Shown: positions 15,374 to 22,145 of the stretch, one piece after another | Layout of the letters: each line of letters opens with the position of its first letter | How positions within the stretch are numbered: the first letter of the stretch is position 1 | Source of the DNA: a bacterium | Lineage (GTDB): Bacteria; Eisenbacteria; RBG-16-71-46 | NCBI GenBank assembly: GCA_043779265.1 | Contig: JAYWEM010000092.1 | Location: 1 to 22,145 of the forward strand | DNA length: 22,145 bases | Direction: 5' to 3' | Program-made: the position numbers and the translations under genes | The notes under the pieces: model-generated | Seen by the model: the letters and a program-made list of their open reading frames with translations, nothing else | What the model was told of the DNA's origin: nothing | The model's database searches: none

Positions 15374-16744
15374 TCAGTCGATCTTCACCACCTCGATCTC
15401 GCCCAGCCCTTCCAGAGCCTTGCTCGCCATCTCGGCCTTGGCCACCACCACCATCTGGAGATCGGACACGCACACGCGCTCTCGCAGCACGCGCTTGACG
15501 TCGTCCATCGTCACCGCCATGACGCTGCCGTTGAACTGTGCGATCGCGTCCTGCGGCAGGTCGAAGAACTTCACGTTCGCCCATTCGGCCGCCAGATCAT
15601 CGGGCGCCTGCAGCCCGATCGGGTACTGCCCCGACAGGTAGTTGCGCGCCTTGTCCAGCTCCGCCTGGGTCGGGCCCTCGTCCACCAGCTTCTTCACTTC
15701 GGCGAGCACCGCGTCGACGCACTTGCGGAGCTGCTCGCTGCGCGTGAACGTGGTGATGCGGAATAGCCCGGCATTGCGGTACATGGGGAACTGGCTGTTG
15801 ATCGAGTAGGTGAGTCCCTGCTCGACGCGGATCGAGTTCACCAGACGTGACGTGAACCCGGAGCCGAGGATCGTGTTCGCCACGCGCATCGCGTAGTAGT
15901 CCGGATGCGAGCGCGGCACGCCGATGCAGCCCAGCCGGATCTGCGCCTGCGTCGCCTCGGGCTTGTCCACGATCCGGATGCGGCGGCCCTTGACCTGGGG
16001 CGGCGAGCGATACGGGTCGGACAACGGATCCCCTGCGCCCTTCCAGGCCCCCAGCGCCCGCTCGAGTTGCGCCACGATCGCCTTGGGATCGACGTCGCCC
16101 ACGACGATCAAGGCCGAGCGCTGCGGGGTCACGAAGCGACGATGGAACGAGACGACATCGTCGCGCGTCATCGCCTTGATGCTCGCCTCGTTGCCGATCA
16201 GCGGGTGCGCCAGCGGGCTGTCGCCCCAGAGCACCCGCGCGAAGGCCTGCTCGGCGATCACCGACGGTTCGCTCTTGTCGGACGCGATCCTGCCGAGCGC
16301 CTCCTCTCGCTTGCGCTCGAGTTCCTCGGTTGCGAACGCGGGCTGCGACACAACAGCGCCGAACAGGTCGAGTCCGGTGCCGAGATCCTTGCTCAACACC
16401 TCGAGGCTCACGGCGAACTGCTCACTGCCCGCGCTCGCCGACAGCGAGCCGCCGACGAACTCGATCGCCTCGGCCACATCCTGGGCGCTGCGCTTGCCCG
16501 CGCCCTGCGTCAGCAGCTCGGCCGTCATCCGTGCCAGGCCCTCACGGCCGGCCGGATCGTTCACCGAGCCCGCGCGGGCGACCAACCGGAGATCGACCAA
16601 CGGCAGCCGCTTGCTCGGCACGATGGTGACACGGAGGCCGTTCTTCAGCGTCACCTGCGTCACGCCCGGCGCGCTGTTGGCGATCGCGATCGGCGCCGTC
16701 ACGAGCAGTGCGCCCAGCACCGACATCAGAACCGTGCGCTTCAT
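15374..16744 (-). CDS. M16B (pitrilysin/insulinase) family protein, non-catalytic subunit
   Basis: ATGA overlap with upstream gene; signal peptide; TLKNGLRV, AGSVNDP; GLARMTAELL in place of HxxEH; C-terminal SRLVNSIRVEQGLTY (R/Y pair). Confidence 0.92.
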   Translation of the reverse strand: MKRTVLMSVLGALLVTAPIAIANSAPGVTQVTLKNGLRVTIVPSKRLPLVDLRLVARAGSVNDPAGREGLARMTAELLTQGAGKRSAQDVAEAIEFVGGSLSASAGSEQFAVSLEVLSKDLGTGLDLFGAVVSQPAFATEELERKREEALGRIASDKSEPSVIAEQAFARVLWGDSPLAHPLIGNEASIKAMTRDDVVSFHRRFVTPQRSALIVVGDVDPKAIVAQLERALGAWKGAGDPLSDPYRSPPQVKGRRIRIVDKPEATQAQIRLGCIGVPRSHPDYYAMRVANTILGSGFTSRLVNSIRVEQGLTYSINSQFPMYRNAGLFRITTFTRSEQLRKCVDAVLAEVKKLVDEGPTQAELDKARNYLSGQYPIGLQAPDDLAAEWANVKFFDLPQDAIAQFNGSVMAVTMDDVKRVLRERVCVSDLQMVVVAKAEMASKALEGLGEIEVVKID

Positions 16745-18123
16745 GGCTGACCTCCGACTCCGCCGATACTCTCCGGCACCAGGATCGCCACCGTGCGACG
16801 CTTGGCATCGAACACGTCCATGGCGACGCGCTTCACATCGGCGGCGCTCACGGCGCGGTAGCGCTCGATCGCCTCGTACATGCGGCGATAGTCCCCGTGA
16901 ACGTGCTCGAAGTAGCCGAGCTGCTGGCCGGCGCCGTTGTTGGACTTGAGGCCCATGACGAACGAGGCCTCCACCTGATTGCGTGCCTTCTGCAGTTCGC
17001 GCTCGCTCGGCCCGTCCTTGGCGAGTCGCTCGAGTTCGGCGTAGAGCGCCGCCTCGCCATCGGCGGCCGACTTGCCGGGCTTCATCTCGACCGAGAACTC
17101 GAACAGCGTCGGCTCGAGGCCCGCGAAATAGCTCGAGCCCACCGACAGCGCGATCTGCTGGTCGTAGACGAGCGCCTTGTGCAGCCTCGAGGACTCGCCG
17201 CCCGAGAGGATCGCGTCGGCCACTTGCAGCGGCCACAGATCCGCCGAGGCGACGCTCGGGGCCTTGTAGCCGACCTGAAAGCTCACGGTCTCGCTCGGGT
17301 AATGCACGAACACGCGGCGCTCGCCGCGCTGCTCGGGCTCGGCGTTGACCGGGGCCGGCGGCGGCGGCTGCGCCGGGATCGCGCCGAAGTGGCGCTGCAG
17401 CCGGTCCTTGATCGTGGCCGTGTCGAAGTCGCCGATCACGATCAGGATGCAGTTGTTGGGCGCGTAGTAGGTCTTGAAGTAGTCGAGCATCTCGTCTCGG
17501 GTGATGCGCTCGAGGTCCTTCATCCAGCCCACCACCGGCCAGCCATAGGGCGAGGCGAAGTAGGCGGTCGAATAGAGCGCCTCATCGAGCATGCCAGGCA
17601 CCGAGTTGTCGGTGCGGAAGCGGCGCTCCTCGCGCACGACCTCGACCTCGGACTTGAGCACGTCGGGCAGCATCAGCAGGCTCTTCATGCGATCGGCGTC
17701 CACCGTCAGCATGGTCTCGAGCGAGGCGGTGCCGCCCTCCTCGTAGTAGGCGGTCATGTCGCGGCTCGTGAAGGCGTTCGAATAGGCCCCGACCGATTCG
17801 AGGCGGCGGTCGTACTCCTTGGGCGGCACGTTGTCGGAGCCGTTGAACATCATGTGCTCGAAGAAGTGCGACAGCCCGGTGATGCCCTGGCGCTCGTTGC
17901 GCGAGCCCACCTTGAACCACTGCCAGAAGCACACGGCCGGCACGCTGGCGTCGCGGTGCAGCAGCACCGTGAGCCCGTTGGACATCGTGTAGCGCTCGAC
18001 CGGGAACGACTCCGGAGTGAGCGCCGGGCGCGGCGCGGCGGGCTTCTTGGCGGCCGCCGCCAGCGAAGGCGAGGCGAGGGCGAGCAGGACGGCAGCCGCC
18101 CACAAGGCGGGGCGTCGGGGCAT
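16741..18123 (-). CDS. M16B zinc metallopeptidase, catalytic subunit
   Basis: SD GGAGG; signal peptide; GLSHFFEHMMFNG (HxxEH), NAFTSRDMTAY, EVEVVREERR, YYAPNN. Confidence 0.95.
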   Translation of the reverse strand: MPRRPALWAAAVLLALASPSLAAAAKKPAAPRPALTPESFPVERYTMSNGLTVLLHRDASVPAVCFWQWFKVGSRNERQGITGLSHFFEHMMFNGSDNVPPKEYDRRLESVGAYSNAFTSRDMTAYYEEGGTASLETMLTVDADRMKSLLMLPDVLKSEVEVVREERRFRTDNSVPGMLDEALYSTAYFASPYGWPVVGWMKDLERITRDEMLDYFKTYYAPNNCILIVIGDFDTATIKDRLQRHFGAIPAQPPPPAPVNAEPEQRGERRVFVHYPSETVSFQVGYKAPSVASADLWPLQVADAILSGGESSRLHKALVYDQQIALSVGSSYFAGLEPTLFEFSVEMKPGKSAADGEAALYAELERLAKDGPSERELQKARNQVEASFVMGLKSNNGAGQQLGYFEHVHGDYRRMYEAIERYRAVSAADVKRVAMDVFDAKRRTVAILVPESIGGVGGQP

Positions 18124-18372
18124 GGGAACCTCCGTGGATGCTGGAAATCGGTGAACGCTTTGAGCTTACGGGCGCGGCCGCCGAAGGGTCCACGACAGCC
18201 AGTCGAACGCGGGCGGAGGGAGGACGGGCGGGCCCCGAGGTGGCAGCCGAGTCGAATTTCTCTTGTGAGTGTTCGCGACTTCGGTCGTCCTAGAGATACG
18301 CTCATCGCCAGCTCAGCGTTGCACCCCGCTCGATCCGGGCGGCCCCCCATCCGTCCGCCCCTCGGAGGCATC

Positions 18373-21300
18373 ATGTCGTTCCCCCGGTTCTGCTTCGCCG
18401 TCCTCGTCGCTCTCGGCCTGTCCACCTCCGCGCAGGCCCAAGTCGTCCAGATCAACTCGGGCATCACGGCGAACACGACCTGGGGGCCGACCGGAACCGT
18501 CGTCGGGACCACCTTCTGGATCCGGAACTCGATCGCGATCAATGCCGGGACGACTCTCACCATCCAGCCGGGCGTCGTCATCAAGCTCGACCCCTCGCGC
18601 CAGATCACGGTCAACGGCACGCTGACCGCCATCGGCACTGCGGTGGACACGGTCGTATTCACGTCGATCCGCGACGACAACAACCGCGCGGGCGACACCA
18701 ATGCCGATGGCAACCTGACGGTGCCCAACGCGTCGGACTGGGTCAGCATCCTGTTCCCCGATGCCAATCCCAACACGAGCCAGTTCACCTACTGCGATGT
18801 CCGGTACTCGGGCGGCGGCTTCACCGGCGCGTTCGATTTCCAGAGCTCGAACGCCACACTCACGAACTGCGTCATCCGCCGCTCCTACTACGGCGTGAGC
18901 TGCACCGGCGACGCCGCTCCGACGCTGAACACCACGCGCATCGAGGCCTCGGTGCAGACGCCCATCGTGCTCGACTTCACCGCCACCCCGGTGTTCACGA
19001 GCCTCGTGTTCTCGAGCAGCAACAACGGCTATGACGCCATCGGTCTGCGCGGCGGCACACTCACGGGTCCGACGACGCTGCCCAAGCGCGGGGCCACGGT
19101 GGGCGCCAATCCGGTCACCAACGTGACCTACGTCCTGCTGGGATCGCTCACCATCAGCGCGAGCGCCTCGTTGACGATCGATCCGGGCATCGTGCTCAAG
19201 CCGGTCGGCGGGCAGTCGATCACCGTGGACGGCGCACTGACGATGAACGGCACGGCGGCGCTGGGGGACAGCATCACCATCACGTCGATCCACGACGACA
19301 ACTTCGGGTTGCCCTCCGACACCAACAACAACGGCTCGATCACCGCGCCCAACCGTGGCGACTGGAGCCAGATCCGATTCAACACCACCGCCACCGGTTC
19401 GATCTCCCGATGCCGCCTGCGGTTCGGCAGCAACTCCTCGTCGTCGGGCATGATCGAGATGACCAACCGCAGCATCCCCGTGTCCAGCTCGACGCTCTCG
19501 GAGGCCTCGCACGGGCTCAAGCTGAACGGCCTGTCGAATCCGGTGATCACCAATGTCGAGATCCGCAACTGCTCCTCGACACCCGTGCTCATGTCGGTGT
19601 CCGCCAACCCCACGTTCACGAACATCGGGCTGACGGCCAACGCCATCACCGCGCTCGGCCTGATCGGCGAGGCCATCGCGGTCGACTCGCGCATCGCCAT
19701 CCGCAACCTCGGCGGCTACACGAACATCACGTACTATCTGATGCTGGGCGCCATCCAGATGCAGAGCCCCGCGGTGCTCCGCATCGATCCGGGCATCGTC
19801 ATCAAGAACCAGTTGAATGGCGGCGGCATGATCATCGACGGCGCCCTGATCGCCGATGCCAAACCCGAGAGCCTGATCGTGTACACCTCCGAGCGCGACG
19901 ACCTGTACGGCAACCCGCCGGACACCAACGGGGACGGGTCCACCACGACGCCGGCCGCCGGCAACTGCAGCTACATCAGGTTCACCGGCACGAGCGATGA
20001 CGCCCTCTGCCGCATGGACTACGTCCGCGTCACGTATGGATCCTATGGACCGTTCGACGGTTGGAACACGAGCATTTGGATCACCAATGCCTCGCCGGTG
20101 ATCACGAACTGCACGATCGACGTCGGCACCTACGGGTTCCGCATCGATGGCAACTCCGCGCCCAGCATCTCGACCTGCACCATCAGTAACTGCTCCGCTG
20201 CGCCCTTCGTGATGAGCGTGCAGTCGGACCCCAACATCGCCACCAACAACACGTACGTGCAGAACGTGTACAACGCGATCGCGCTGATGTCCGAGACGCT
20301 GTCGCAGGATGCGACGATCAAGTACCGCCCCGGCGTGGGCGTTCCCACATTCGCTTATCTGCCGACCGGCACCATCACCATCGGGACGGGCGTGACGCTG
20401 TCGGTCCGGCCACAGGTGGTCCTCAAGCCGACCAGCTCGTTCGTGCTCTTCAACGTCAACGGCGCACTCAACATGGTGGGAAGCAACGCCACCACCAACC
20501 GCGTCATCATCACGTCGCGGCGCGACGACAACCCGCTCTATGGCGGGGACACGACGCCGAACGAGTCGTCCACGCCTGTCGCCGGCGACTGGGGCAACAT
20601 CGTCTTCAACGACACGGCGGTCGACGCGGCCTGCATCCTCCGGAACGTGCTCTTCCAGTTCGGCTCGACAGGCCAGACCTCGGGCGTCCTCACGACCAAC
20701 AGCGCTGGCCCGCGATTCAGTCGGCTCGAGTTCTTCCAGATCGCGACAGCCTTCACGTTCGCGGGGAACTCCACGCCCGTCGTGGACAGTGTCAACATCC
20801 TCAACTGCACGCAGCTCCCGATCGTGTCGTCCCTCATCAGCAACCCGCAGTTCCCGGCACCCGCACGCGTGGTGCTCGCCAACAATGCCTACACCGCGTT
20901 CGGCATCCTGGGCGAGACCATCGCGCAGGACGTGACCACGCCGGTCCGCGCGCTCGCCGGCTTCGACAACCTCAACTACGCGCTCGCGGGCAATATCACG
21001 ATCGCCTTCGGGGCCAAGTGGACGATCCGACCCGGCGTGACGATCAAGCTGGGCCGCATCTTCAATGAACCCTTCGGCAACACGATCGCGATCGATGGCG
21101 CCCTCGTCGCCGACGGCAAGCCCGACAGCCTCATCGTGTTCACGTCCTCGGCGGATGACGCCTTCGGTCAGGACCTGCTGGGCGACGGCGCGGCATCGCA
21201 GCCCCTCGTCGGGCAGTGGGTCGGGATCACATTCAACGCGATCAGCGACGATGCCGTCAGCGTGATCGATCATGTGCGCTTGCGGCATGCGGGCTTCTCG

Positions 21301-22145
21301 AGCAACGCGGGGATGACGTTCGTCAATGCCGGCCCGACGATCACCAACACGTTCTTCACGCGCAACTCCTACGCGGCGGTCGAGATCGCCGGCAACTCCA
21401 CGCCGACGTTCACCAACTGCTTCTTCGATTCGAGCACCGTGCCGGTGAAGATGTCTCTGGTGAGCGAGCCCGTGTTCAACAACGTCCAGTTCCTGGGCAA
21501 CACGTACACCGCACTCGGCGTCATCGGGGAGTCGATCGCCCAGGATGTACTGTGGAAGATCCGGCCCGTGGCGGGGCGGAACAACATGCCCTACTACCTG
21601 GATGCCACGGTCACGGTGGGCCTCGGCGCCACGCTCGTGATGCAGCCGGGCGTCGTGGTCAAAATGAACAGCGGCAATCTCGTGATCCAGCGGGCGATGC
21701 AGTCCGAGGGACGCTCGAGGCCCGACAGCATGGTGGTGTTCACGTCCTACCGCGACGACCTCTACGGAGGGGACACCAACAACGACGGCAGCCTCACGAG
21801 CCCGACGGCCAGCCATTGGGGCAGCATCCAGATCCAGGGCACGGCGATCGACCCGCAGGTGCGCTTCAAGAACACGCTGTTCCGCTACGGCGGCTCGGGT
21901 TCCACGATCGGGGCAGTGCGTGCGATCAGTTCCTCGCCCAGCCTCGACTCGTGCCTGTTCATGTACAACAGCGCCGGGCTCACGGTGGAGGGCGCCAGCA
22001 ATCCGACCGCTCGCGGCTGCAGCTTCATCGGAAACACGGACTTCGCCATCAACAACACGGGTGGCTCGTTCTGCGTCAACGCCGAAGGCAGTTGGTGGGG
22101 CGCGGCGAGCGGTCCGAACGACGCCTCGGCCACGGCGGACCTGTG
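18373..22145 (+). CDS. Giant secreted right-handed parallel beta-helix repeat protein (at least 1257 aa), 3' end truncated by window edge
   Basis: SD GGAGG then ATG 18373; frame read codon by codon with no stop to the window end; signal peptide MSFPRFCFAVLVALGLSTSAQA-Q; six modules with LTIxPGVVIK...TSxxDD...D...W; ends NAEGSWWGAASGP. Missing from the ORF track. Confidence 0.92.
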   Translation, partial: MSFPRFCFAVLVALGLSTSAQAQVVQINSGITANTTWGPTGTVVGTTFWIRNSIAINAGTTLTIQPGVVIKLDPSRQITVNGTLTAIGTAVDTVVFTSIRDDNNRAGDTNADGNLTVPNASDWVSILFPDANPNTSQFTYCDVRYSGGGFTGAFDFQSSNATLTNCVIRRSYYGVSCTGDAAPTLNTTRIEASVQTPIVLDFTATPVFTSLVFSSSNNGYDAIGLRGGTLTGPTTLPKRGATVGANPVTNVTYVLLGSLTISASASLTIDPGIVLKPVGGQSITVDGALTMNGTAALGDSITITSIHDDNFGLPSDTNNNGSITAPNRGDWSQIRFNTTATGSISRCRLRFGSNSSSSGMIEMTNRSIPVSSSTLSEASHGLKLNGLSNPVITNVEIRNCSSTPVLMSVSANPTFTNIGLTANAITALGLIGEAIAVDSRIAIRNLGGYTNITYYLMLGAIQMQSPAVLRIDPGIVIKNQLNGGGMIIDGALIADAKPESLIVYTSERDDLYGNPPDTNGDGSTTTPAAGNCSYIRFTGTSDDALCRMDYVRVTYGSYGPFDGWNTSIWITNASPVITNCTIDVGTYGFRIDGNSAPSISTCTISNCSAAPFVMSVQSDPNIATNNTYVQNVYNAIALMSETLSQDATIKYRPGVGVPTFAYLPTGTITIGTGVTLSVRPQVVLKPTSSFVLFNVNGALNMVGSNATTNRVIITSRRDDNPLYGGDTTPNESSTPVAGDWGNIVFNDTAVDAACILRNVLFQFGSTGQTSGVLTTNSAGPRFSRLEFFQIATAFTFAGNSTPVVDSVNILNCTQLPIVSSLISNPQFPAPARVVLANNAYTAFGILGETIAQDVTTPVRALAGFDNLNYALAGNITIAFGAKWTIRPGVTIKLGRIFNEPFGNTIAIDGALVADGKPDSLIVFTSSADDAFGQDLLGDGAASQPLVGQWVGITFNAISDDAVSVIDHVRLRHAGFSSNAGMTFVNAGPTITNTFFTRNSYAAVEIAGNSTPTFTNCFFDSSTVPVKMSLVSEPVFNNVQFLGNTYTALGVIGESIAQDVLWKIRPVAGRNNMPYYLDATVTVGLGATLVMQPGVVVKMNSGNLVIQRAMQSEGRSRPDSMVVFTSYRDDLYGGDTNNDGSLTSPTASHWGSIQIQGTAIDPQVRFKNTLFRYGGSGSTIGAVRAISSSPSLDSCLFMYNSAGLTVEGASNPTARGCSFIGNTDFAINNTGGSFCVNAEGSWWGAASGPNDASATADL
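18550..22080 (+). repeat. Six diverged ~200-210-aa modules in the beta-helix protein
   Basis: TSxxDD anchors begin at 18661, 19282, 19885, 20512, 21142 and 21742 (spacings 207, 201, 209, 210, 200 aa). Module boundaries are approximate. Confidence 0.85.

Noticed and set aside
16745..17236. ORF-track extension of the inactive M16 subunit; extensions at 7278-7679 and 13242-13424 likewise
   Set aside because: They overlap upstream genes; downstream starts have an SD or ATGA coupling and signal peptides.
18313..21816. 1167-aa minus-strand ORF
   Set aside because: Antisense shadow of the beta-helix gene; no recognisable motifs, while the plus frame has an SD, a signal peptide and repeats.

Overview
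GC-rich bacterial chromosomal window with 14 supported CDSs and no rRNA, tRNA, CRISPR array or IS element that I can see. In order: a GAF-PAS histidine kinase (minus strand, cut by the left edge); two paralogous OmpA-family proteins, each with five 30-aa TSP3-like repeats, which bracket a secreted Asp-box/PPC/FlgD-Ig protein, an overlapping small-protein + nucleotidyltransferase pair (TA-like) and map; an M20D amidohydrolase coupled to a TPR + double retropepsin-like protein with degenerate catalytic motifs; an ICMT-family methyltransferase; an Ogt with a basic tail; a secreted cupredoxin + lamin-tail protein ending in STWGRVKSLYR; thiL; a secreted M16B peptidase pair; and a giant secreted beta-helix repeat protein of at least 1257 aa (cut by the right edge). 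The two edge genes are missing from the ORF track. The FlgD-Ig tail, the TWGxxKxxYR tail and the high GC suggest Ca. Eisenbacteria or a relative (inference only). Best leads: the C-terminal TWGxxKxxYR tag, the NTase TA-like pair, the probable pseudoprotease, the six-module beta-helix protein, and a split between leaderless-looking genes and SD-led exported-protein genes.
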